Position numbers and translations under genes: made by a program. Shown here piece by piece: positions 24,713 to 38,035 of a stretch of DNA of 64,000 bases. The notes under the pieces were generated by a model. That model saw only the letters and a list, made by a program, of their open reading frames with translations. It made no database searches and had not been told where the DNA came from. Position 1 is the stretch's first letter, and each line of letters begins with the position of its first letter. The stretch lies in assembly GCF_009914755.1 (NCBI RefSeq), contig NC_060933.1; one strand, written 5' to 3'. This stretch comes from the human T2T-CHM13v2.0 reference genome, Homo sapiens.

Positions 24713-25068
24713 TCTGTATGATTTATTTTGAAAAAGAGGTTTAATTGGCTCATGGTTCTAAGCACAGTGCTTCTGCTTCTAGGAGGCCTCAGAAATCTTT
24801 CAATAATCATGGAAGGCAAAGAAAGAATCAGTTGTCTCACATGGCAAGGGGAAAGCATGGAGAGTAGGAAGGTGATATAGAGTTTTCAGTGACCACATCT
24901 CATGAGAAGTCACTCATTATTGTGAGGATGGTACAAGGGGATGGTGCTGAACCATTCATGAGAAATTTGCCTTCATAATTCAATCACCTTATCCCAGGAT
25001 CCACCTTCCACATTAGGAAATATAATTCAACATGATATTCGGTGGGGACACACATTCAAATTGCATCG
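24713..25068 (-). mobile_element. Largely unrearranged MST-like MaLR LTR (5' LTR of the array's founder element)
   Basis: Complete LTR layout (gaggtttaattggctcatggttct ... ggtggggacacacattcaaa) adjoining the 5' start of MaLR internal sequence at about 24480-24712 (minus: gctataaagatacctggaaatgtggaagcagctttggaac). Confidence 0.8.
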
Positions 25069-25069
25069 T

Positions 25070-26681
25070 CAATCTTTGAATATAAAGACATCCACAGCAG
25101 GCTTTATCCAGCCAACTTCTTTGAGACTCTTTATAGGGTTTGAGGTCTAGAGCATATACACTAAAATATTCATACTTCAAAAAGCAATAAAGTGGTATTA
25201 TCATTTTTCCAAAAGTTACAGCAGTAGTTTAGGCATTCATAGTATGATTTAGTTCACGTTTGTTACTGTTTCTATTCTATCACCATATTAACTGTTTCCT
25301 ATACAATTCTGTATTCAGCTGGATTTCAGTTGAGCACAAAACCATCCTTGTACTAGCTGTTTGCTAGTGTTATTATTCTGCTGTAGAAAGTATCCTTGAA
25401 CTGGAAACCATCCACGATCGAGTATCGAGTCATTCAACACTATCAATTCCTGGGTGACTTTTTGAAAAAGTAGTATCTCTTGTTGCAAGAAATGCTGCAT
25501 CTGTGAGTCCATGTCTCTCACTGGAATTGGATGGAAGTGGTGAATTTCAGCCAAAGTTGCCAAAGAAATCCTGTTCCTGTGATTCTAACGTCATCAGCCT
25601 CTATACCTCTGTCTTCCCTTCTGCCACAGGTTGCCTGTTCTCCATGACTTTGGTAAGAGCTTCCTTGTGTATGTGGATGAAGTCCAGGATGTTGGTCTGG
25701 TGTCCCTGAGACAGCACTAACAGGTCCATGGCTGGGTCCAGGTCCTTTCTGGACTGATTGGCAAAGAGCTCACTGACAGAGTGGAAGGCATCTATACTGA
25801 AGTGGATGGTCTGGTCCAGCTCCAAGGCCTGGCTGAGGCTGAAGAAGAACTGTCAGGCTTCTGATGCTCTTTCTCAAACCCTGTCACCACTCATTGCCTG
25901 TGAAGTTAAGCTGAGTGCCCTGTTGTCCATCTTCTTGGTGAAGCACTTGAAGCCATCAATCTTGCTCTCCCACTCCTAAAAGTTGAGTGTCACCCTGCGG
26001 GTGGGCTCAGGGCCAGGAAGAATCTGGCACTCACCATCTCATTCTTCTCAGCCTTCCTCTTGCCCTGTCTCCAGGCTGTCTCTTCAGTGGTGGTAGGGCA
26101 CATCAGGAAATGACAAAAAATGGGGCACTGTGACTGCACCCAGAAGCTGGCTGTGTGGTTCATCTACAAGATTGGGCCCTTTCTGCACTTGAACATAGAT
26201 CCCACTTCACCATAGATGCGTTCCACACTGTCAGTGAGCTGTTTGCCAATCAGCCCAGGCAGGACCTGGACCCAGACATGGACCTGTTAGTGCTGTCTCA
26301 GGGACACCAGGCCAACATTCTGGACATCATCCACATACCCAAGGAAGCTCTTACCAGAGTCCTCCTCAAGATGGCCTGTGGTCTGCCTCTTGGCACCCGA
26401 GAAGCCCAGTGCTGTAGAAGCCCCGATGCTTGGACTGGAGCCCCAAAGGTGGCACACACCCCACTTCAGAGCCTGCTGCTCCTTTCCTCTATGTGGCTCC
26501 ATTTGCAGCACATTTGTTGCACTGGGGCCTGTGCATGCCAGGCAAAGCCAAGCTGGCTCAAAGAGCAACCAGCCACCTCTGCAAGGGTGTGCCAGGAGCC
26601 AGTGGACCAGCCACCAACGTCACTCCCTGCCAGTCAGGGTAAATCAGTTATTCTTCCCTGGAGGTAGAGACCCAGTGCCAT
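25070..26681 (-). pseudogene. SNX18P: Processed SNX18 (sorting nexin 18) pseudogene, rearranged
   Basis: Minus-strand remnants of the SNX18 PX-BAR region: [43 protein letters not shown]...DFIHIHKEALTKV (intronless across the exon junction), ATLAEIHHFHPIPVRDMDSQMQHFLQQEILLFQKVTQ, then 3'UTR; many indels. Region 26400-26681 (possible ATG GCA CTG start at 26681) is tentative; paralog number not assignable. Confidence 0.9.
26199..26361 (+). repeat. Inverted duplicate of 25646-25807 inserted in the SNX18 pseudogene
   Basis: HFTIDAFHTVSELFANQPRQDLDPDMDLLVLSQGHQANILDIIH on + (26155..26667) mirrors the 25601..25825 minus ORF. Confidence 0.92.
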
Positions 26682-26876
26682 CTGCTTTTCCTCAGGCCTC
26701 CACTCCATCAGCTCTCAGGTGGTGGTCACTCAGACTGTGGGAACCTGGCCATCCCTGTTTCCTTGAGTGGGTGAGGTTGGTGACTGCTCCACCTGCTCTT
26801 GGCACACCCTTGCAGAGGTGGCTGGTTGCTCTTTGAGCCAGCTTGGCATTGCCTGGCATGCACAGGCCCCAGGTAC
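26521..26876. repeat. Inverted repeat, ~105-bp arms (26521-26626 and 26765-26876)
   Basis: ggggcctgtgcatgccaggcaaagccaagctggctcaaagagcaaccagccacctctgcaagggtgtgcca and its near-perfect reverse complement. Confidence 0.92.
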
Positions 26877-27803
26877 TGAGGAGCTGCTCTGAGTAAGCTT
26901 GTCTTGGGCCAAATTCTAAGTCTGGCCAGGGCCACAGAAGGCCGAGTCCCCTGGGTGGTATCCTGGCTGCAGGGGGGCCCATGGTGCCCCTCCCCTCCCA
27001 GGGCTCAGGATGAGGTCCGACAGGGACAGGATGCTTTAGGTATGGGACTTGTGCCCCAGGAGGGGGCCTCTGTCACACAGGTTGGGTGAGAATATGTATG
27101 GCATGCTGCTGGCTGCCAGGGCTGTTGGGATGCACGTTCACCCTTCCCTTCAGGGACCTCAAAGTGACCAGCTTCCCCTTTAAGAATGACTTCCCAAGGC
27201 CCAGGAGCCATTTGGGGCTGCAGAGCAGCTGGCTGCCCTGGCTTCTTCCATGTTGTGCTGGTCACTACCCACCAAGGGGGGTCAGATGCAGGCATGATGC
27301 AGGACGGTTGTCTCTGGACCTGCGTCTTTGTTATCATGGAGCTGGACTGGGCCTGGTGACAGGGCCCTGATGGGGTTGTCCTGGGTGGTCACGGGGGTGA
27401 TCAGAAAAGATGCAGAAAGGAATGGCTGCGAGGATGAATGAGACGACTGTCAGCACAGAACAGGCACCCGGTGAGTGTTCAGGGATTACCCTCAGTAGCT
27501 GCCCAGAGGCCAAAACCACCCACCTGATAGTGACTGTCCCCAAGCCAGGAGGAATAGAAGAGAGCAGATCCCACTCATCTGAGTCTGATCAGTGAGCTGT
27601 GTTGAGATGTGACTCTCATTTAGAAAATGGTCCTTCACGCAGAGCTACTCACAGACACTGCTGTGTGTCTCTAACTGCTCCACAACACAGAGGCGATGGG
27701 GACTCAGTAACAGTGACATTGTTGGGTGACACAACCCACCACAACGGGAGCCTGCTTGGGTCAACAGGGCCCAGAGTCAGTGTCCTCTATCCCCTGAACT
27801 GAC

Positions 27804-27870
27804 ATGTGTGTATGCAATGTGTTTGTGTATGCATGTGTGCCTGTGTGTGTGTGTGCACATATGTGTGTGT
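27804..27870 (+). repeat. Imperfect (TG)n microsatellite
   Basis: atgtgtgtatgcaatgtgtttgtgtatgcatgtgtgcctgtgtgtgtgtgtg. Confidence 0.8.
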
Positions 27871-28239
27871 TTGTCTTGCTTCTCTGGACAGGCCTAGCTT
27901 CTCCACTCATGGGTGCACCCAGGTCCTCATCACTGTCACCTTAGAGCATTAGAGCCTCTATAGGTGCTCCCCAATCTCTGCCCTCCCCACCCATGGTGGT
28001 CCTGGGGATGCAGACAGAGGAGGGGCACTGCATAATGCTGAGAGGGCTGGCACCCTCTCTAGGTGGAACTCAGGTCATATGTAAAGTTGTAGGTCTGCCA
28101 AGCAGTATTGGATTCAACACATCTTCTCACCTTCTCTTTCCAGCCACCCTCCAGGTTGCCCTGACTCACCTTCCCTGCAGATGGAGGCAAGGAGGCTCCA
28201 CAGACAAACCCAATGCCTGAGGTCACATAGTGGCCAGCA

Positions 28240-28835
28240 GACTAGGTACTGACCAACCGCCCCTGACCAGGTTCCCAGTGATGAGTGATGAGGTCCCTAA
28301 TGACCACTCCTCCATTGACCAGGTCCCACTGATCAAGTCCCCACTGACCATGTCTTCCTAACCAGGCCCACACTTAATAGGCCTCATGGGCCAGACCCCA
28401 CTGACCAATTTTCCACTGACCTGGTCCCCATTGACAAGACCAGGTTCCCACTGACAAGACCACAATTTACCAGGTTGCTGCTCACCCAACCCCCTACTGA
28501 ACAATTCTCCAGCTGACCGAGCCCCCTCTGACCAGGCCCTCACTGACCAGGCTCCAAGCCACTAAGGCCCCACACTGACCAGGCCCCTGGTATACTGTAT
28601 ATGCCCCACCAACCAGTTTTTCATTGTTTTTGTTCCAACCGATCAGGCCCCACTAATAAAGCCACCACTGACTAGGTCCCCCCACTGACCAGGCTTCCAA
28701 CGACTAGGTCGCCAGGTCCCCACTGATGAGGCCTTTACTGAGGAGGCCACTACTAACCAGGCCCCTGCTTATCAGGTCCCAAATGACTAGGTCCTGATGA
28801 CCAGGTCATCTCTGACCATAGTCCACTGACCAGGC
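28240..28835 (+). repeat. Degenerate ~18-bp GC-rich tandem array (core CCCACTGACCAGG), copy 2
   Basis: Same motif and orientation as 6450-7315. Confidence 0.85.
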
Positions 28836-30161
28836 CTCTGAACAACGGGACTCAAAGTCTCATTACAATGTCCCCCTCAGCTCATAGGCCCTCCCTCCCT
28901 GCATGTGTGCCCAGAGGTCAGGCCCTGGGGTATTTTTTGGGGGACATGGCCTTTCCTCCAAGACACAGAGAGAGACAGTTGGCCTCAGGCTCCAGGTTCC
29001 CAGCTCCACACTCACCCCAAAGGCCCTCTGGGCCCATCTCAAAGGAGAGAGTGAGGTGGCCTGACACTGCCTGGACACGCCATCTACCCTATTCCTGAAT
29101 GTCAGAGTGTGAGGAAGGGAGGGACATTTGGCAGATAAGTCACGCGGTGCTGTTGGGTCTCTCAGGGCCCTTCCCACAGAGCCCCGATCTAAACACACAG
29201 CACAGAGGCTACAGGAAGACTAATCCAGAACCTCTGAGACAGCCAGGGACCACATGAGGACTGTCCCCAGAGAGCCAGATGGCCCTTTGCTAGTTTCTTG
29301 GTACCTCAGTGGATGCAGCAGCAGTTCTTCTGTTGGGGACCAGTGAGTACATGCTGGGGAGGGCTCACCTGTGCTTCCTCATTGGCTCCACCTCTGCTTC
29401 TAAAAAAAATTACTCATTCCAGAGCTGGGGCAGAGAAAATACAAGATGAGCTTAGAATATCTTCTGCCAGAAAGTAAAAAAGTGCCGACAGAGTAATGGA
29501 GACAAATCAAAAAGACATAAAGTCAGCTTGGAATGTCTACTACTGGCCTAATCTTGGGGAATTGGGGCATCAGAATCATGAGCTTTCCTTCTCCCTTATT
29601 TATTGGTTTTATTTCTCCATGTAGAACAAAGAAGAGAATAAGAAAATAATCATCTGGCAACCATCATAGTAATAATTGTTCAAACACAAGTCATCCATGA
29701 AATGCTAAATCTAGTAGGTTCTGAGGAGTAACCAGATATTTACAGAGCCTCAAAGTATCTCCATACAAAATACGGTTGAACTACAAAAAGAAAATCATAA
29801 CATTAGCATGGACAAACCTGGCAGGTACTCCTTAAGTTTCTTAAGTAATAAAAACTGTAAAATGCAAATAAGCCTTCGATGACCTTTACTAACCTTTACT
29901 AAAGTATCAATGATGACTTGGTTGTTTAAATAGCTGACATTTGGGCAATTTGTGTATGTCAAACTCAATAATACTGGTTTTCATTTGCAAGATCCACTTA
30001 AAACTTAAAGAGGCTAAAAAACATTATTTAAAATACCCTATAAATTATCATCATACATATGATACAAAAACATCCTACTTCAGTAAATATTGTAATGTTA
30101 TATATTTTATGAGAAACAATTAAAATGTGTAAATAGCCCAGTAATAAAGTTTTATAATCTT

Positions 30162-30283
30162 TTAAATCATCATACAATTTTTCCTTAAGACTTTATGGTT
30201 AAATATACTCTTCATTAGATGTGACTTACCAGTGGATTCTAGAGAAGAAAGTAGATGGCAGCAAGTGTCCAATACAGCAACAG
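30162..30283 (-). pseudogene. Ancestral terminal exon (ANKRD26-type), coding part
   Basis: tttctttccag|ctgttgct...; translates TVAVLDTCCHLLSSLESTGKSHLMKSIFNHKVLRKNCMMI*, similar to the recalled ANKRD26 C-terminus (SPLGSTD...VLKKNYMI*); internal donor actg|gtaagt at 30230. Confidence 0.7.
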
Positions 30284-30519
30284 CTGGAAAGAAAAATAAA
30301 GAATTATGTTCTTTACCTAAAACATTTCAGTTAACTAAGTGTGAGTTTAAAAACTAAAGACTTGAGAACTTTATCAGAGTTAATAAGAATGAGAATTATG
30401 TATGTACATTTACAATAAAAAATTACTATTTAATAATTTACACATGGCATTAATTCTAATTGTGTTTAAATATCAGAGCTTTTTCATTCTTCATTCATGT
30501 AATCAACAGTCACATGCTA

Positions 30520-30960
30520 AGGTACTAGAACCAGCACTGGAATTACAAGATGAAGATGGCATGGTCCACCTCTCAACAGTCATATGCTATAACCTAAAGA
30601 AACAGACAGGCAGGAAATGTCCATATAGAGTCACAGATACCATGACAGGTATACAGCAGGGCACTACTGGAACACACAGAAGGGACATCTACCCACTTTT
30701 ATGTCAATATCATGGGCTTTCTGGTGGAGGAGATAACATAGGTTGATACCTGAAGGACAAGGAAAGGCTTCCCAGATAGAGGGAAGAGGGGAAGGCAAAG
30801 AGCCTGAGGTGAGGAAGAGCCCTGCAGAGTTCCACTCCATCCAGTTTGGTGCTAGAGCAAAGGGCAGAGTGCAGTAACTGGTGAGAGACAAGGCTGAGTA
30901 ACTTGACGAGAATTACTTTGACATGGGTGTTTTTATTTCATGGTGAAAAATTTGGAAGTT
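30520..30960 (+). mobile_element. Probable L2 fragment
   Basis: Decayed L2-like sequence (tactagaaccagcactggaattacaagatgaa...gcaaagagcctgaggtgagg). Confidence 0.4.
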
Positions 30961-31450
30961 TTCCTGAGAACAAGTGTAAGCCAATGACACAGTAATTGAC
31001 AGGAGATTTAAAATGTCACCTGTCAAGTGACTGCTTATGAAGGGTTATTGCTCAGCTAAGTATTTCTGAATGAGTCTTAGGTCTGTTGGCCTTCAATCTC
31101 TACCGCAACCCTGAGAACTTGATGATGCTTTTGTTTTCTGAGAATCCTTTCAGTGTGCTGGCTGACAGTTCCATGAGGATGGCAAAACTTAAGAAAGTGT
31201 AGAGCCAGTGAAAAAGAGATGCACAGACTTCTCGGGAATTGTTTAAGCTTTGGAACATGATGAATTTATGGTGCATAAGTACAGTCTTCTCTGTGAAAGT
31301 TTTTGTTTTCACATCTTTCATTAGATGTGTGTAAGAAAAAAAAATTGATGTAGTATCTACTAACCCAAGAATGAAAAGGAATGCCATTTGCTATTTACAC
31401 TTTATTTCTAAAATAAACCTAAATGTAATTAATAAATTTTGACAACGTAC

Positions 31451-31496
31451 TTCTCTTTGTTTCTCTAATTATTTGTTCTACACAGTCCAGCTCCAT
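31451..31496 (-). pseudogene. ANKRD18/20-family exon (MELDCVEQIIRETKR)
   Basis: ttattttag|atggagctggactgtgtagaa...gagaa|gtacgt. Confidence 0.8.
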
Positions 31497-31765
31497 CTAA
31501 AATAAGTAAAAATAATAATAATATTTAAGTTAAACAAGAAACATTATCATAAAAATAAGGTATCACTTACAAAATGTGGCCTTTAGTATTTTTAGTGACT
31601 AGACATAACTTGAAGTTTGCTTAAATAGAAAAATAATCACATAAATAAAGTAAAATTTCTACTTATTTTAAGATTAGATAACAGAGGATGTATATGTGTA
31701 ATGCTGTTTAGAGTAATCAGACAAAAATGCAGTTAGTATTGATCTATTGCATATACATGATTTTA

Positions 31766-32173
<408 letters not shown>

Positions 32174-32269
32174 TTAGAAAACTCTGCCCTTTATAAAAGT
32201 TTAACCCGTTTTTTACTTCAATAAATTTTATCTTAAAAAGAAATTTCTGTTCTCTACTTATAGTAAACT

Positions 32270-33425
32270 TTTCTTTTTTTTTTTCTAGTTTGTATCCTAA
32301 ATTAACGTGGTACCTCTGTAGGTTTCTTTCAAAGGCATATTTAGGGATGCCGAGGTTTGCAGCACAATTGAACTCATCACACAGGTAGTGAGCATAGGAC
32401 CCAATAAGTAGTTTTTCAACCCTGGCCCACTCTGTCCCTCCCCGTTCTTATTTCCCAGTGTCTATTATTCCCATGTTTATGACAATGTGCACCCAATGTG
32501 TAGCTCCCACGTGAGTGAAAACATGAGATATTTGGTTTCTGTTTCTGTGTTGGTTTGCTTAGGAGAGTGGATTCCAGCTGTATCCTTGTTGCTGCAAACG
32601 ACGTGATTTTGTTCTTTTTATGGCTGCATAGTATTCCATGGTATATATGGAATTTTCCAATCTACCTTGGATTTTCAACCTACCTTGGATGCACCTGGAT
32701 TGACTCCACGTCTTTGCTATTGTGAATAGTGCTGCAATGAACATACATGTGTATGCATCTTTTTGTTACAATGATTTATTATCCTTCTGGTATACCCTTA
32801 GTGTAGTAATGGGGTTGCTGCATCCAACAGTCTTTCTTAGTTCTTAATTTCCAAACTGCTCTCCAGAATAGCTGAATTAATTAACTTTGCCACAAACAGT
32901 GTGTGTTCACTTTTCTCCACAGCCTCCCCAACATCTTTTTTAATTTTTTTATTTATTTTTTTTTTAAAAAGTCATTCTGACTGCTGTGAAATGGTATCTC
33001 ACTGATGTTTTGTTTGTCATTTTTATGATGATTAGCAATGGCAAGCATTTGTTAATGTTTGTTGGCCACTACAAGTGTTATTTTGAGAAGTATCTGTTCA
33101 TGTCCTTTGCCCATTTTTCATGGTGTTATTTATTTTTTGCTTGTTGATTTGTTTAGGCCTCTTATGGATTCTGGATAATAGGATAATAGGCGTTTGCTAT
33201 ATCCATAGTTTGTGAATATTTTCTTCCATTCTTTAGGCTGTCTGTTTAATCCCATGATAGTTTCTCATGCTGTGCAGAAGCTATTTAGCTAAATTAGATC
33301 ACACTTGTCAATTTTTGTTATTCTTGCAATTGCTTTTGAGGACTTAGCCATAAATTAATTGACAAATATGATGTCTAGAAGAGAATTTCCTAGGTTTTCT
33401 TCCAGGATTTTTATAGTCAGAAGAT
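32270..33425 (-). mobile_element. L1 3' fragment (old L1PA/L1PB)
   Basis: T-run, L1 3'UTR and ORF2 C-terminal remnant MFIAALFTIAKTWSQSRC (32559..32744-). Confidence 0.9.
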
Positions 33426-33453
33426 GTACTCTTATGTAAGAAAAGCACAAACC

Positions 33454-33753
33454 TTTTTTTTTATTTTTATTTTTTTTGAGATGGAGTCTCCATCACCCAG
33501 GCTATAGTGCAGTGGTATGATCTTGGCTTACTGCAACCTCTGCCTCCTGGGTTCAAGTGATTCTTCTGCCTCAGCCTCCTGAGTATTTGAGATTACACAT
33601 GCCTGCCAACACGCCTGCTAACTTTTGTATGTTTACTGGAAACAGATTTCATCATGTTGGCCAGGCTGTTCTCAAACTCCTGACCTCAGGTGATTCACCT
33701 GCCTCGGCCTCCCCAAATTTTGGGATTACAAGTGTGAGCCACCGTGCCTGGCC
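33454..33753 (-). mobile_element. Alu (AluS-like)
   Basis: Full reverse-complement dimer; TSD aagcacaaa(c/g)ctttt. Confidence 0.95.
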
Positions 33754-33931
33754 AAGCACAAAGCTTTTAACATAAAAATGGAACTGAACATTTTAGTGTT
33801 TTGTTTAATTCATAAAATGCAATTATTTTGGATTCTACTAAATAATAAACATCCATATGTGGTAAAGTGTTTGGATGTCAATCATTCAGTTGTGATTATG
33901 GGTGGGAAGAAATGAGATGATGCAAATAAAC

Positions 33932-34239
33932 TTTTTTTAAATTTTTTATTTTCAAGACAGAATCTTGCCCTGTCACCCAGGCTGGAGTGCAGTGGTGCAA
34001 TCTCAGCTCCTGCAACCTCCATCTCCCAGGTTCAAGCAATTCTCTGCCTCAGCCTTCCTAGTAGCTGGGATTACAGGTGCCCATCACCACACCAGACTAA
34101 TTTTTTTTTTTTTGTACTTTTAGTAGAGATGGAGTTTCACCATCTTGGCCAGGCTGATCTTGAACTCCTGACCTCGTGATACATCTGCCTCAGCCTCCCA
34201 AAGTGCTGGGATTACAGGCATGAGCCACAGTACCTGGCC
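33932..34239 (-). mobile_element. Alu (AluS-like)
   Basis: Full reverse-complement dimer; TSD tgcaaa(t/g)aaacttt. Confidence 0.95.
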
Positions 34240-34267
34240 AGTGCAAAGAAACTTTAAAAGTGACATG

Positions 34268-34618
<351 letters not shown>

Positions 34619-34913
34619 TCAAAGTATATCATCAGTTATCTGGCAATAACATGCAATTTCTAAAACCTAACTTAAATGCAGCTTTTAAAGACATTTTAAA
34701 TGTGTCAGTTTAGTCACATTTATTGAATAAAGTTAGCAAATGGATATCTCTTGAAAATGAGGGCTCCAGGGAATTAAAAAATGTAAAATTCCCATTTCCT
34801 ATCTGTGTTAACACAGCTAATTATGATCTTTACTTCACATGCAAAAGTCAACAGAACAACTCAGTATTTCACCAAATTATAAACAAGAATTACGCTAGAG
34901 AAATGAAACCCTA

Positions 34914-35231
<318 letters not shown>

Positions 35232-36474
35232 TTACCTTTAAAGTGTTGCCCTGAGAGTAAACCAAATTACCCACTAAATAGTGTTTTCACACCGAAGATG
35301 TGTAAGAGCATACCTGTTGTAAGGAATTATAATTTTAAAATCGTTCTAAAGAAACACCTTTGTTTCTAAGGTGATTTATACTGAACAAGCAGTTCAAACA
35401 AGGTAGACAGGGAAGAGAAATGGCTATCAGTGATGTATGGCTCAACAGGCAAAACTTACCGCCTTCTAAAATGGCTCTACTTGTAAGATTCTGAGGATTC
35501 CATTAGAAATACTTGTATTTAAAGGGCAATAATGTGGGAAAATGAATATGTTGATTTGCTCGATTATAAGAACCACTTCACTAGAAATAATTATATCAAA
35601 ACATCATGTTGTACTCCTTAATGTGGGTTAAGAAAACTAAAATGAATAAAAAAAATCTAGGAATACTTGTGTTTAGTAAACCAGTTTTAGATTTCACCCT
35701 TGTACATTTCACCCATTATCTAGGACTAATTAAACATTTGTCACTGAGGAATAATTCAGAGCAACAACTCCTAGGGGAGAACTAGATTGTCTGGTTGGTG
35801 ATCAAAAAGAACTAAAGAATCTCTGAAGGCAATTAGCCCCCAACACTGTGACCAAGGCCCAGGAGGTGGGGCATGTTCTTTCTGCCTTCCACACACCCCT
35901 TCAGGCTGAACAAGGTGTTATTTTTTAACCGCTTTGTGAATTACACTTCTTTAAATTCCTGTGATAATTATTCCCTATTTCACAAGGATGCCTTTCTGTA
36001 ACATCTTGAATATGTTACACAAATAGTCTTTCTTGAGGCACCCTCTGATGATAATACTAAAGATCACAATCAAAAACGATTGTGCCCAAAGTAGCAGTAC
36101 CACTTTTCATTTAGGTTGTGATCCACTGAAAAATAAATTAAACTCATTAATATTTCTATTTAGGGAAATTCTGACAAGTAATTTTATAACAGGATCACTT
36201 CATTAATTATAAAGCTTCAAAAATACTTAGTGAAAAAAACTAACAGATCAGGTTAATTACATGAGACTTTTCAGGGGAAAAAGCCATACAAAAACAAAAA
36301 AAAAAAATGAGAGGAGAGACAAAAACTATCTTTGACTAACATTAAATGGTAAGATTATTTACTAATGTTGTTTTTCAAAATTACATTGTCAAATTAACAT
36401 TCACTTCCTACTAATATCCTGAAGCCATCTCACTAAAAATTATGCTTTTGAAACAAATTAATGAGCTTAATTCA

Positions 36475-36708
<234 letters not shown>

Positions 36709-37215
36709 CTAAAACAAAGGAAAAGAATACACTTTTAAAACAATTATAATTATTATATGTTTGTTGCCTTTCATTTTGAGTCAGTGATTCAAAGAGCATT
36801 TTTGAATATGTTAAAAAAGAGGCTGAAGCTTAAAATATTTCAGCAATATCAAAACTAATAACTGAATTCAGAATTAAGTCTGATTTATAAAAATTTGAAA
36901 TCATAATTATGTTAGTATTAATATAATCTGGTCATATAAAAAGTAATAGAATCCATTCATAATTTGAAAAAGTGATCAATGAACAATGTAGCTTAAGACC
37001 AATTCAAAAGTATCACATAATTTCTAAATCACAATTTTTTCCTATGCCAACTGGTCTTAATCATCAAATGACTCCATAATGAGAATCATTACTCTGAAAG
37101 ATTGATTTTCTTATAACAATAATGGAAATTTAAATATTTAAAAGAAAAAACAGATGCCATTTTTTTCTACAACTCTACAAAGCAGATTGCTACAAGAGAG
37201 GCAGAGGAAACACTA

Positions 37216-37689
<474 letters not shown>

Positions 37690-38035
37690 TTATCAGTAAT
37701 GCACCAGATTCTTCAAATGTGAACCCTTAAATTACTCAGAATTTTAAGAACAATGTTAAAGCTACCATGAGTCATAAAAATATATTCTTTACTATCATCA
37801 TCTTTGCCACAGAACTTTTGTACTTCATCTTACTTTTATTTTTCTGATAATTTATTTTTGTTCCTCCTTAAATGGCACAAAGTTATCTCCTAGTAAAAAG
37901 TGTCTAATCCCCTTCCCTCATTATCATTCCCCACAATATGTCAAAAAAACTTTCAGAGATATCATATTGAGTTATTTAGGCCAAAGTCAATACATGGCTC
38001 TAGGAATAAGACTTTGAAAATAATATTACACTCTA

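Noticed and set aside
7316-25068. Repeated 60-165-aa ORFs as a tandem gene family
   Set aside because: They are MaLR sequence read in varying frames, with stops and indels differing between units; no frame is conserved.
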